NCBI GenBank assembly: GCA_965223855.1
Contig: CBDCXM010000009.1
Location: 2,304,001-2,368,000, forward strand
Length of the DNA: 64,000 nucleotides
Reading direction: 5' to 3'
DNA from: Candidatus Multivoradales bacterium
GTDB lineage: Bacteria; Acidobacteriota; Thermoanaerobaculia; Multivoradales; JAHEKO01
Shown: positions 41,066 to 49,689 of the stretch, in pieces
Layout of the letters: each line of letters begins with the position of its first letter
Numbering within the stretch: position 1 is the first letter of the stretch
The notes under the pieces: generated by a model
What the model was told of the DNA's origin: nothing
The model's database searches: none
What the model saw: only the letters and a program-made list of their open reading frames with translations
Position numbers and translations under genes: made by a program

Positions 41066-42796
41066 ATGCGCTTGTTCTGTGGATGGCTCGTGCTGTCATC
41101 ACTGCTGTCGACGCCCGTCATGGGGGGCGTGGCAGCGCCGCCTTCGGTGTGTGACGAGGTCCTGCACATACTCGTCGACGAGGAGGGTGCCGCCCGGATG
41201 CCGGATTACGTCGCCGCCGACCGAGGGGTTGTGAAGCAGGAGCCAGTGGCGGGCTACCTGCTGAAGGAGCCGTCGACGGCTCGCTTCGAGCTCGAGGACG
41301 GCACCTCCTGCGAGGTCGCGCTGGTTGCGGTGGATCGGTCGCGGCCGCGGGTTCGGATCGAGGTGGACCCGGGCCCCTACGAGGTCGGGTGGGTGCCGGA
41401 GGTCGCGATGGAGGTCTCCGACAACTCGGGGGAAGAGGGTCTTCAGACGGTGCTGCGTCTCGATGGAGAGGTGGTTGCGAGCTTCGACGATCCGGAGCTC
41501 TACATGGCAGGAACCCGGTGCCTGGAGGTCGAGGCGACGGACGCGGCCGGCAACGTGGGGTTCGCGGGCCGCTGCTTCGAGGTGCGTGACGACGAGATCG
41601 CCCGTCTCGGTGCGGATCTCGTCGGATTCGAGTGCGCCAGGGGGAGCGACGGGGTGGCGTTCGGGGTGCAGATGGCGATCGGCGCACCCGGCTTCGATGC
41701 GCTCGCCATCGAGCCCACCTCGTTGACGCTTCATGGGTACGCCAACGGTCAGTCGGTGACCAACGATCTCATTCAGATCCACGGGCTTTGGGACGATGGG
41801 TCCGAGTCCTACGGCACTACCTGCGGGGGGTACGTCGACTTCCGGGGGAGCGGTGGTCAGCTCGAGCGGTGCCCCGACGCCGTCGCGGTGCGCGGATTCC
41901 TGGTCGGCGGGGGGCAGTTCGTGGCCGTCTCGAATACTGGGCCGCAGGACCTGCGGCCCGGTGGGGGTGAGGCTGTCGGCAGAGAGCAGTGCGGTCCGCC
42001 GCGTGGGCTGGAGCCGCCGCCACGGGAGCGCGTCGACCCCTGTGATTGCACCTGGCAGAGCAACGTCGAGCGCGGCTACGACAGCGACAACGAGAGGATT
42101 CCGACTCGAGTGTGCCCCTCGGGATCGCAGTTCGCTTCGGCAAACGCCTGGTCTCTCTTCGGAACTGCCAACGGCTTTGCCAACGCCGGAGATGCCTGTC
42201 ACGGTGTGGCCAGGAGCAGCGTCGCGGTGATTGCGCAGAGCAGCGCCGAGCACTGGGTGACCTGCACGAAGGGGCGCTGCAGTGCCTCCGAGTGCTGCAA
42301 GCCCACTACACAGTGCGAGGCGAGGCCGTACTTCAAGGTCGACGGCGAGTTCATTCCGAACGCTCGGTGTGTCGCCGGCGCCAACATGAGGATCTCCGGC
42401 TGTGTCGAGGCCCAGGCCGTCGGCGCAGGCTATGCGTCCGGTGAGGACGTGAAGACCTACAGCATCGGAGGGCAGGCGGGCTCGCAGTCCGGCGTCAGTG
42501 CCTCGGTCGAGATCACTCCGGCGAACCTCTCCTCGACCGGTAACGCGCTCGTCTTCAACGACGACAAGTCGGCTTCGAACGGGGCCTGCTTCCAGCGGCT
42601 GAGCTCGAGCACGGCGATCAATCTGTCGTCGTACGCCGACAATCGGATCCTCTCGGTCTTTGGAGTCGTCGATGATGCCTACTGCCGCATCAAGCTCGAG
42701 GACTCGAAGGTCGGCGCGCGGGCAAGGTCGTGGTGCACCGACGGGTCGACCGCGCACACGTCGCCGATTTCGGCTTACGTCACGACCATCCCCTGA
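41066..42796 (+). CDS. Secreted cysteine-rich protein with an Ig-like segment
   Basis: AAGGAG RBS, signal peptide, VEATDAAGN Ig-like motif, Cys-rich beta-rich C-terminal half. Confidence 0.7.
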   Translation: MRLFCGWLVLSSLLSTPVMGGVAAPPSVCDEVLHILVDEEGAARMPDYVAADRGVVKQEPVAGYLLKEPSTARFELEDGTSCEVALVAVDRSRPRVRIEVDPGPYEVGWVPEVAMEVSDNSGEEGLQTVLRLDGEVVASFDDPELYMAGTRCLEVEATDAAGNVGFAGRCFEVRDDEIARLGADLVGFECARGSDGVAFGVQMAIGAPGFDALAIEPTSLTLHGYANGQSVTNDLIQIHGLWDDGSESYGTTCGGYVDFRGSGGQLERCPDAVAVRGFLVGGGQFVAVSNTGPQDLRPGGGEAVGREQCGPPRGLEPPPRERVDPCDCTWQSNVERGYDSDNERIPTRVCPSGSQFASANAWSLFGTANGFANAGDACHGVARSSVAVIAQSSAEHWVTCTKGRCSASECCKPTTQCEARPYFKVDGEFIPNARCVAGANMRISGCVEAQAVGAGYASGEDVKTYSIGGQAGSQSGVSASVEITPANLSSTGNALVFNDDKSASNGACFQRLSSSTAINLSSYADNRILSVFGVVDDAYCRIKLEDSKVGARARSWCTDGSTAHTSPISAYVTTIP

Positions 42797-42797
42797 T

Positions 42798-42861
42798 CGG
42801 TGAGGAGTTAGGGGGCACCGCCTCTCCGAGTGGCGATTTGAGTATCCTGTCACCGGGAAGC
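42798..42861. repeat. REP-like element 2 (intact inverted arm, decayed forward arm)
   Basis: GAGTATCCTGTCACCGGGAAGC (42840-42861) is the reverse complement of the motif; decayed CGGTGAGGAGT at 42798. Confidence 0.75.
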
Positions 42862-42868
42862 TGAGGAG

Positions 42869-43900
42869 ATGTCGGGAGGGATCTACATCCCAGCGTGGCT
42901 GGTCGCCGTGATCGTGCTCGCCGGGCTGGCGATCGTGGCTCTCGGCATCGTCGTCGCGCTGCTGGTGTGGTTCTTCGCCGCGCGTGAGGAGCGGATCCAC
43001 CGGTTCGAGCTCGATGCCGCTGACGGGCTGGTCGACCTTGGACCGATCCCGGTGACACTCGGGCCTCGAGACCCGGTCGGTGATGCCACCCGATACTTCC
43101 TCGCGAAGCGCGGGATGCCGGTGTTCGTGGTCCCCTTCGCCGACTACCTGAGGATCGGCTTCAAGGGTAGCGAGGCCGCTCGCGGGCGAATCGACGAGAA
43201 GCAGTTCGTCACGATCTCGCCGGTGTCCTGGTCGCTGGATCTGGCGCGCCGCCTCCAGTTCGAGAAGGTCAGTCCGGAGTCCGGCGTCGTGCCTTCCGGC
43301 ACGTTGACCGACTATGCGTCGATTCCCTCGCCGTTGCGCTGGTTGGTCGGGCAGCCGACCGGCCTGGTGGCTCGCGCGGCGATCGTGCACGACTTCGGCT
43401 ATCGCAGCGACGCCGCTGCCGAGCGTTCGACCGCGCGTCGCCGCGACTGGGACCGCACGATGCTCAAGCTGATGCGCCAGGACGGGGTCAGCCCCGCCCG
43501 CCGGATCCTCATCTATTGGGGGGTGCGGCTCGGGGGCGGCAGAGCCTATCGGGCCGGGTCGGATCGGCTTGGCGACACGGAGTATCAGGAGCTGCTCGAG
43601 TCCGTGGCGTCGCGGACAGAGGACTTTCTTCGCGAGCTGCCCGGGCTGTTCGATCTCGAAGGCCTGGCCGCGCTCGAGAAGGGCGATCTGAAGCCACGGC
43701 CGCAGAGGGTTGTCGTTGGATACAGGCCCCGACCGGGCTTCGAAAGGGTGATCGAGATGCAGGACGAACTGACCTATGGGACCCGTCATCCGACTGACGA
43801 GGACAGGCAAGCCAAGGCGGAGGAGCTCCGCGGCGGCCCGATGAAGCGGCTCTGGACCGCTACCGGGGCGCGGGTCGTGCGGGCGCTGCGCGGGTACTGA
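42869..43900 (+). CDS. DUF1353 domain membrane-anchored protein
   Basis: N-terminal TM; TDYASIP, AAIVHDFGY, DRTMLKLMRQDGV...IYWGVRLGG. Confidence 0.8.
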   Translation: MSGGIYIPAWLVAVIVLAGLAIVALGIVVALLVWFFAAREERIHRFELDAADGLVDLGPIPVTLGPRDPVGDATRYFLAKRGMPVFVVPFADYLRIGFKGSEAARGRIDEKQFVTISPVSWSLDLARRLQFEKVSPESGVVPSGTLTDYASIPSPLRWLVGQPTGLVARAAIVHDFGYRSDAAAERSTARRRDWDRTMLKLMRQDGVSPARRILIYWGVRLGGGRAYRAGSDRLGDTEYQELLESVASRTEDFLRELPGLFDLEGLAALEKGDLKPRPQRVVVGYRPRPGFERVIEMQDELTYGTRHPTDEDRQAKAEELRGGPMKRLWTATGARVVRALRGY

Positions 43901-43924
43901 AGTCCTTCTCTGCGCCACGATTCG

Positions 43925-43980
43925 GAAGAGTGGTGACAGGCCACTCATCGGCCGCCGAGTCCGTAACCGGCCTGTCACGG
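43925..43980. repeat. REP-like inverted pair 3
   Basis: GAAGAGTGGTGACAGGCCACTC (43925-43946) and partly decayed inverted GGCCTGTCACGG (43969-43980). Confidence 0.75.
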
Positions 43981-44032
43981 CCTCCTTCCTACCCTCCACT
44001 CACAACGCCGAAGTGGAGTGGAGGAGCACGCC

Positions 44033-45541
44033 ATGAACCCGACGCCCAGGATCGCACTTGTCGCAGTCAGCCTAGCCTTCGTTCTCGAGGCCGCTGCCGC
44101 GGCGCAACCCCAGATCACGAACCTCAACGCAACTTCGCTCCCGCGAAGCGGACGTCTCGCCATCACCGGCAGCGGCTTCGGGACGGACGGTCAGGTGCTG
44201 GTGGGCGGGCTTCCGGCCTGGGTTTCGACCTGGCTGCCCGGGCGGATCGTCGCCTACGTGCCCGAAGCGCTCGACGTCGGCGACGCGCTCGTCGTCGTCG
44301 AAGTGGACAGCCAGCAGAGCAACTCGATGACGCTCGACGTCACGACCCGGGAGAGCGACGGGCGCCTGCGCTGGACCTTCGAGATCGACTCGGAGTCGCT
44401 CTACTACCGGCCCGCCGAGGCGCCGGACGGGACGCTCTACGTTCACGGCCGGAGCCTCGAAGGGGGCGGCACCGGTCGGGTCTATGCGATCGCGCCGGAC
44501 GGCGCTCTCAAGTGGATCGTTGATGTCGATTCCCACGCCGGAGCGCCACCCGCGGCCGGCCCCGACAACGAGGTCTACGTCGGCACGTTCAGCAAGCTCT
44601 ACCGGATCTCCTCCGCCGGGGACATCGACTGGGTGTTCCAGGGAGATGTCATCCGATCGGGAGCCGCCGTCTCTCCGGAGGGGGTGGTGTACGCCGGGTT
44701 CGAGCATCCGCCCGAGGCCGTCGCCCTCGACGCCGTCACCGGCGATGTGATCTGGACGCTCTCACCCGGTCTCAGCGCCTTCGGCACCGGCGGGAACGAG
44801 ACCCGACTCGGCCGGACCGCGCCGGGCGGCCCCATCGACCGGATCTACTTCTGGTGGGACGCGCTGGCCGCCTTCAGCACTGACGGCGACCATCTGTTCA
44901 CGACTGCCGCCGGCAATATCTACGACCACGAAGTGGGCATCGGCTCGGACGGCACGCTCTACTCGCCGGCGAACTTCGAGAGCGACCTGGTGGCGCTGAG
45001 CCCTTGGAACGGCAGCGTCATGTGGCTCGCGGACAGTCCGTGGCTGGCCGGTACCTCGGACGTCGAGGTCGGGCCGGACGACACGCTCTACTTCGTCAGC
45101 GACGGGCGCTGGATCGACGCGTTCGATCCGGATACCCAGAGCACCATCTGGCGCCACGACATGTTTCACTGGCTGCGCCGGCCGTCGCTGAGCCCGGACG
45201 GGAGCCTCCTGCTGGCCGCCGGTGGAGGCGGTTGCTCCGCCCAGCAGGGCTGCGTCGCCGCCTTCGTCAAGGCGTTCGAGACCGAGGGTGGCTCAGAGCT
45301 CTGGCAGCTGGACTTCGACGAGTGGGATCCGACCTGCTTCAGCATCCCGTGGGACCACGCCCGAGTGTCGGCCGACAGTCAGACCGCACACCTCATCGCC
45401 ATGGTCGGGGGCACCTGCGATCAGAACGACCAGCGGAGCCTCGTCTGGTCGGTCGACCTGGCCGACCCGCTCGGGCCGGACGTGTTCAGCGACGGGTTCG
45501 AGAGTGGGGACACCTCGGCCTGGTCGCAGACCGTGCAGTAG
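44033..45541 (+). CDS. Secreted IPT/TIG + PQQ-like beta-propeller protein with C-terminal FxDGFESGDTSAWS motif
   Basis: Signal peptide; ITGSGFG IPT domain; repeated DGTLY / DGALKW blades. Confidence 0.82.
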   Translation: MNPTPRIALVAVSLAFVLEAAAAAQPQITNLNATSLPRSGRLAITGSGFGTDGQVLVGGLPAWVSTWLPGRIVAYVPEALDVGDALVVVEVDSQQSNSMTLDVTTRESDGRLRWTFEIDSESLYYRPAEAPDGTLYVHGRSLEGGGTGRVYAIAPDGALKWIVDVDSHAGAPPAAGPDNEVYVGTFSKLYRISSAGDIDWVFQGDVIRSGAAVSPEGVVYAGFEHPPEAVALDAVTGDVIWTLSPGLSAFGTGGNETRLGRTAPGGPIDRIYFWWDALAAFSTDGDHLFTTAAGNIYDHEVGIGSDGTLYSPANFESDLVALSPWNGSVMWLADSPWLAGTSDVEVGPDDTLYFVSDGRWIDAFDPDTQSTIWRHDMFHWLRRPSLSPDGSLLLAAGGGGCSAQQGCVAAFVKAFETEGGSELWQLDFDEWDPTCFSIPWDHARVSADSQTAHLIAMVGGTCDQNDQRSLVWSVDLADPLGPDVFSDGFESGDTSAWSQTVQ

Positions 45542-45551
45542 GTCTCGGAAT

Positions 45552-45579
45552 CGGGGTGCTCCTCTAGAGATGCACCCCG
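45552..45579. terminator. Hairpin between convergent genes
   Basis: cggggtgc-12 nt-gcaccccg. Confidence 0.4.
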
Positions 45580-45612
45580 GAGGTGCGACGCGAAACCTGA
45601 GAAGGCCGGCTC

Positions 45613-46908
45613 TCAGCCCAGCCCGCTTTGCAGTACCCCGTGCATCGCCTCGACAAACCGATCGACCTCATCCAACGTCGAGTACACGCTAGGCGACACC
45701 CGAATCCCCTCGAACTCGTCATGCTCGATGCCGACGGTGAAGATGCGGTGACGCTCCCATAGGAAGTCGGCGAGAGCCTTCGTGTCAACGCCTTCGACCT
45801 GCACGGTGGCGATCCCGCAGGCGAACCCCGGTTCGAGACTGGTATGCAGCCGGACGCGGTCGTGCGTGAGGAGTTCCCTGGCCCACCGATCCCGCAGGTA
45901 GATCATCCGCTGCTCCTTGGCTTTGGCGCCGAGGCCGCGATGGAAGGCGAGCGCCTCGGCAATCGCCAGATAGTTGGCGGCGGGGTGGGTGCCAATTTCC
46001 TCGAACTTGCGGATGTCGGCTTCCATCTTCTCGGGCGCCGCGGTCAGCGGCCAGAGGTCGGCGATGCGGTCCTTGCGCACGTAGAGCATGCCGGTGCCGT
46101 GCGGGGCGAAGAGCCACTTGTGAAGGCTCGTCGCGTAGTAGTCGCAGTCGAGGTCGGCGTGGTCGAAGTCGAAGTGGGCGAACGCGTGCGCGCCGTCGAC
46201 GATCACCGGGATGTCGCGCTCCCTGGCCATGGCGACGACCTCTTTCACCGGCAGGATCTGGCCGGTGAGGTTGATCATGTGGCACATCAGGATGAGCCGG
46301 GTGCGCTCGGTGATGTGCGCCTCGAAGAGCCTCACGATCTCGGCCGGGTCCTCGGCCGGGATGGGAATCTTGAACTGGCGCAGGACGATCCCCTCGCGTC
46401 GTTCGCGCTGCTTGAAGGTGGTCACCATGCGGCCGTAGTCCTGGGTGGTGGTCAGCACTTCGTCGCCCGCCTCGAGGTCGAAGCCGAGCTGGCAGATCTG
46501 GAGGCCCTCGGAGGCGTTGCGGGTGAGCGCGATCTCTTCGGCGTCGCAGCCGAAGGCGCGCGCCAGGCTCGCGCGCACCGGCTCTCGCTGCGGCTCGAGG
46601 ATGCGCCACATCGTGTAGGGCGGCGCGGTGTTGGAGTAGTCGAGGTGGCGCTTCATCGCCTCTTGCACCACCGCCGGAGACGGGCTGACGCCGCCGTTGT
46701 TGAAGTTGATGATCGAGCGGTCGACGGTGAACGCCTGCTGTGCCTCGAACCAGAAGGACTCGTCGCGGGCGAGGTCGGCAGGGTGCTCGCTCGCGCCGGC
46801 GAGATCGTTGAGCACGGCATGGGCGCGCTCGGGGTCGAGGGTGGCTGCGGCGGCTGCCGCACCGACGGGCGCTGCGATACGAGTCAGGAAGCTTCGGCGA
46901 TCGAGCAT
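45613..46908 (-). CDS. Class V PLP-dependent aminotransferase (isopenicillin N epimerase-like) with Tat signal
   Basis: DRRSFL twin-arginine motif; NFNNGG, RNASEGL, VDGAHA, SLHKWLFAPHGTG. Confidence 0.88.
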   Translation of the reverse strand: MLDRRSFLTRIAAPVGAAAAAATLDPERAHAVLNDLAGASEHPADLARDESFWFEAQQAFTVDRSIINFNNGGVSPSPAVVQEAMKRHLDYSNTAPPYTMWRILEPQREPVRASLARAFGCDAEEIALTRNASEGLQICQLGFDLEAGDEVLTTTQDYGRMVTTFKQRERREGIVLRQFKIPIPAEDPAEIVRLFEAHITERTRLILMCHMINLTGQILPVKEVVAMARERDIPVIVDGAHAFAHFDFDHADLDCDYYATSLHKWLFAPHGTGMLYVRKDRIADLWPLTAAPEKMEADIRKFEEIGTHPAANYLAIAEALAFHRGLGAKAKEQRMIYLRDRWARELLTHDRVRLHTSLEPGFACGIATVQVEGVDTKALADFLWERHRIFTVGIEHDEFEGIRVSPSVYSTLDEVDRFVEAMHGVLQSGLG

Positions 46909-46996
46909 GGGCTCCTCCTCGGGGGTGACGGGGTGAGGAGGATTGTACGGCAGGCCTCTGGGGCCAGGTGCTGCAGAGTAGTGGCGCGCGAATGAT

Positions 46997-47536
46997 CTAG
47001 GTGCAAGGTCCGAGAAATGCGATCAACGAACCAGCGACACCTTCCCGTCGCAGGCATTGGGGATAAGCGGACTCGCCGAACTCGTCGAACGCTTCAGGGC
47101 AGGGCACAACAAAGAGCGGGGGGAGATCCGGTTGCTGCGACTCCGAGAGGCGGCCGTCTGGCGACACCCAGATGGCCTCGTCGGCCATGGAGCTCGGAGA
47201 GAGGATCAACTGCTCGCCGCTGATACCGAGAGGGTGAGTGTCAATGGGCACGGGCCAGCTGCGAACGACTCGCCCAGCCTCGTCGATCTGATAAGCCCAT
47301 TCGTGCTCCAGCCAGTCGAGACCGAGGGGAACGGCCGGAACCGACAGGGTGATCGTGGCTCCACAAGGATGGTCGGGGTGGGCCTCGACCTCCGGAGGAG
47401 GCTGGGACTCGCCCGCCCAGAAGGTCACTGTCACCACTTCCGGCTCCACCACCTCCGGCTCCGGCGACGTGCAACCGAGAAGGGCGAGGGCCAGCAGACA
47501 AGGACCCGGCGAGCTCCGGAACGCCTCCAGTTTCAA
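46997..47536 (-). CDS. Hypothetical lipoprotein
   Basis: Lipobox LLGC; start overlaps the DUF4199 stop. Confidence 0.6.
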   Translation of the reverse strand: MKLEAFRSSPGPCLLALALLGCTSPEPEVVEPEVVTVTFWAGESQPPPEVEAHPDHPCGATITLSVPAVPLGLDWLEHEWAYQIDEAGRVVRSWPVPIDTHPLGISGEQLILSPSSMADEAIWVSPDGRLSESQQPDLPPLFVVPCPEAFDEFGESAYPQCLRREGVAGSLIAFLGPCT

Positions 47537-48063
47537 GCCGTCCTGGCCGGCAGGAACCTGCTATTCCGCAGCAGCGCCGCCGAGATCAGCGAGACCACCA
47601 GCCCGAACGGGATAATCTCGAGAGAGGTCATGAAGACTCGCATCAGTGGGTTGGCGGTGCGCTCCTTCATCGTCTCCATCTGCGTCACGATCGCCTCGAG
47701 CTCCGCACCAGTGACCCCCGCGGCCTCCTGGCTCTCGATGTAGCTCGCCACGAAGTCGTCGATGAAGGTGTAGCCGGTCGAGGCGAGGAAGATCTCCCAG
47801 ACGACGACGTAGGCGACGCCTGCCATCAGGCTCATCCACAGCCCCACCACGAACGCCTGGCCGAAGCGGATCACTCCGCCCAGCTCACTGTCGCGGTAGC
47901 GCTTGATCCCGAAGAAGAGGATGCTGAGGACGACCAGCATGATGAGGAAGCCCCAAGCGCCGCTGACGTGCCCTTCGCGGATCGCGAGCAGCGACCCGAG
48001 GATGAAGACGGCGGCGCACAGCGCTCCTGTGATGGCGCCGAAGACGAGGATGATTCTCTGCAT
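47533..48063 (-). CDS. DUF4199 family membrane protein
   Basis: 4 TMs; FFGIKRYRDSELGGVIRFGQAF and EIIPFGLVVSLISAALLR. Confidence 0.85.
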   Translation of the reverse strand: MQRIILVFGAITGALCAAVFILGSLLAIREGHVSGAWGFLIMLVVLSILFFGIKRYRDSELGGVIRFGQAFVVGLWMSLMAGVAYVVVWEIFLASTGYTFIDDFVASYIESQEAAGVTGAELEAIVTQMETMKERTANPLMRVFMTSLEIIPFGLVVSLISAALLRNSRFLPARTA

Positions 48064-48114
48064 GTCCTACCTCCTTTTCTGGAGCGGATTGTAGGGACGG
48101 AGGCGACCCTGTAC

Positions 48115-48158
48115 ATCGCCCGAACGGGTGATTTCGGGAAACTCGCCCGTTTGGACCA
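48115..48158. promoter_or_regulatory. Candidate LuxR operator (palindrome plus a second degenerate site)
   Basis: ATCGCCCG-AA-CGGGTGAT (48115-48132) and CTCGCCCGTTTGGACCA (48142-48158) between luxR and DUF4199. Confidence 0.55.
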
Positions 48159-48164
48159 AGGCTC

Positions 48165-48584
48165 TCAGGGCAGGATCTGCAGCAAACGCGCCTTCTGCAC
48201 GGCCTGAGTCCGCCTGGAGACGTCGAGCTTGCCGTAGAGATGCCCGACGTGAGTCTTGACCGTGTGCGGCGAGACGTGGAGCAGTTCGGCGATCTCCTTG
48301 TTCGAGTGCCCGCCCGCCAGGAGCTCGAGCACCTCGAGTTGTCGATCGCTGATGCCGAGCGACTGGATCGCCTCCTGGTTGAGCTCGAAGTTGCCGGCCG
48401 ATCGGCGAGGCGTGAGCCGGAAGCCGATCCAGACGCCGAGGGCGGTGAAGCCGACGGCGAGGATCGTGATGTAGGCCTCGGTCGACAGCGCGCGGATGAG
48501 GTGGCGGTACTCGAGCCAGCGTAGGGCCAGAGCCGCCAGGACCAGTGTCGCGGCGTAGGCGATGAGGATGCGGGCCTTGCTCAC
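48165..48584 (-). CDS. Membrane-anchored LuxR-type regulator
   Basis: Two TMs then ISDRQLEVLELLAGGHSNKEIAELLHVSPHTVKTH. Confidence 0.9.
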   Translation of the reverse strand: MSKARILIAYAATLVLAALALRWLEYRHLIRALSTEAYITILAVGFTALGVWIGFRLTPRRSAGNFELNQEAIQSLGISDRQLEVLELLAGGHSNKEIAELLHVSPHTVKTHVGHLYGKLDVSRRTQAVQKARLLQILP

Positions 48585-48635
48585 AACGTGCCGTCGATTC
48601 TATCGATGGCCCCGGTCCAGGCTCCGGTGCGGGGC

Positions 48636-49646
48636 CTACTGAGCCGGCTCGACCGGGGGCTCGATGCCCAACGATGGATGGTAGAGCGAGAGCACCTCGC
48701 GCATCCGCCGCCGCTGGCGGCGCGTGAACTCTTCGAGACAGGCGTCGTCGCTGTAGTCCATGAAGTTGGTCACCGGGTCGGGCTCATCGTCTTCCAGGCA
48801 GGTGTCGCGGCCGATCGGGCAGCCGTAGGCGGGCTCGGCCTCCGGGGGAGTGTCGAAAACCTCGTCTCCCGGTGCTTCACAGCCGCCTTCGAACGTGTGG
48901 AAGAGGCCCAAGGCGTGGCCGATCTCGTGGACGGCGGTGTGCCCGAGGTCGAAGGGAGCCGCCCGACCGCCGGGGAGGGTCCGGTAGTCGAGGACGATGC
49001 CGTAGAGCGGGCTGTCCTCCGGGTACCACCACGGGTACATGGCGTAGCCGAGCGTACCGCCGTCGGGGTTGCAGGTGTAGACGTTGAGAGTGGTCGTGGG
49101 ATCGACGGCCAGGCGCTCGGTCATGCGGACGAACTTCGGTTTCAGCGCTCCGTTGCGCTTGAACGCGTAGCAGCGGTGAAACCAGTGGGGGCGATCGGTT
49201 CGATCAATGCCGGCCAGGGTGAACTGGATGCGCGAGTTGCGGAACGACCGGTTGAGGATGGCGACCTGCTCCTCGATCGCGGCGTCCGAGACGAAGCCGC
49301 GCCCTGCTGCATGGACGACGTGAAACGCCAGGGGAACGATGCGCCGCTGGTGCCGGGGGCCTGGCGCCAGCGCTCGGGCGAGCTCGAGGCTCTCGTCGAC
49401 GAGCCGGCGGAGCTCCGGCGTGCCCTGAGGTGTGGCGCATCGACGTGCCGGCCTGACGAGGCCGGGGCTCACCTCGACCGAGACGTCGGGCGGACCGAAG
49501 ACGGTGCTGCTCTCGAGCCAGTCGCGATGCCAGCCGTCTGACGGCGGATTGGCCCCCTCGTCGGCGACGGTGGGAGCGGCTGCCAGACAGAGCGACAGCG
49601 CTACCAGAAACCGGAGGGATCCGGCGGGGCGGGAACGGGGTTGCAT
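48636..49646 (-). CDS. Secreted M43 (pappalysin/ulilysin-like) zinc metalloprotease
   Basis: HEIGHALGLFHTF, DTPPE and NFMDYSDD Met-turn motifs. Confidence 0.9.
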   Translation of the reverse strand: MQPRSRPAGSLRFLVALSLCLAAAPTVADEGANPPSDGWHRDWLESSTVFGPPDVSVEVSPGLVRPARRCATPQGTPELRRLVDESLELARALAPGPRHQRRIVPLAFHVVHAAGRGFVSDAAIEEQVAILNRSFRNSRIQFTLAGIDRTDRPHWFHRCYAFKRNGALKPKFVRMTERLAVDPTTTLNVYTCNPDGGTLGYAMYPWWYPEDSPLYGIVLDYRTLPGGRAAPFDLGHTAVHEIGHALGLFHTFEGGCEAPGDEVFDTPPEAEPAYGCPIGRDTCLEDDEPDPVTNFMDYSDDACLEEFTRRQRRRMREVLSLYHPSLGIEPPVEPAQ

Positions 49647-49689
49647 CGGGTGCGCCCGAGGGCGCTCGGTCGGGTCAGTCCACGCCGGA

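Noticed and set aside
32357-45541. Classical integron (IntI + attC)
   Set aside because: The integrase has a phage-type arm-binding domain and I see no IntI-specific insertion. The hairpins lack the RYYYAAC...GTTRRRY ends of attC sites.
45552-45579. GGGGTGC hairpin as another member of the REP family
   Set aside because: It lacks the GTGACAGG core, occurs once, and its position between convergent genes fits a terminator.
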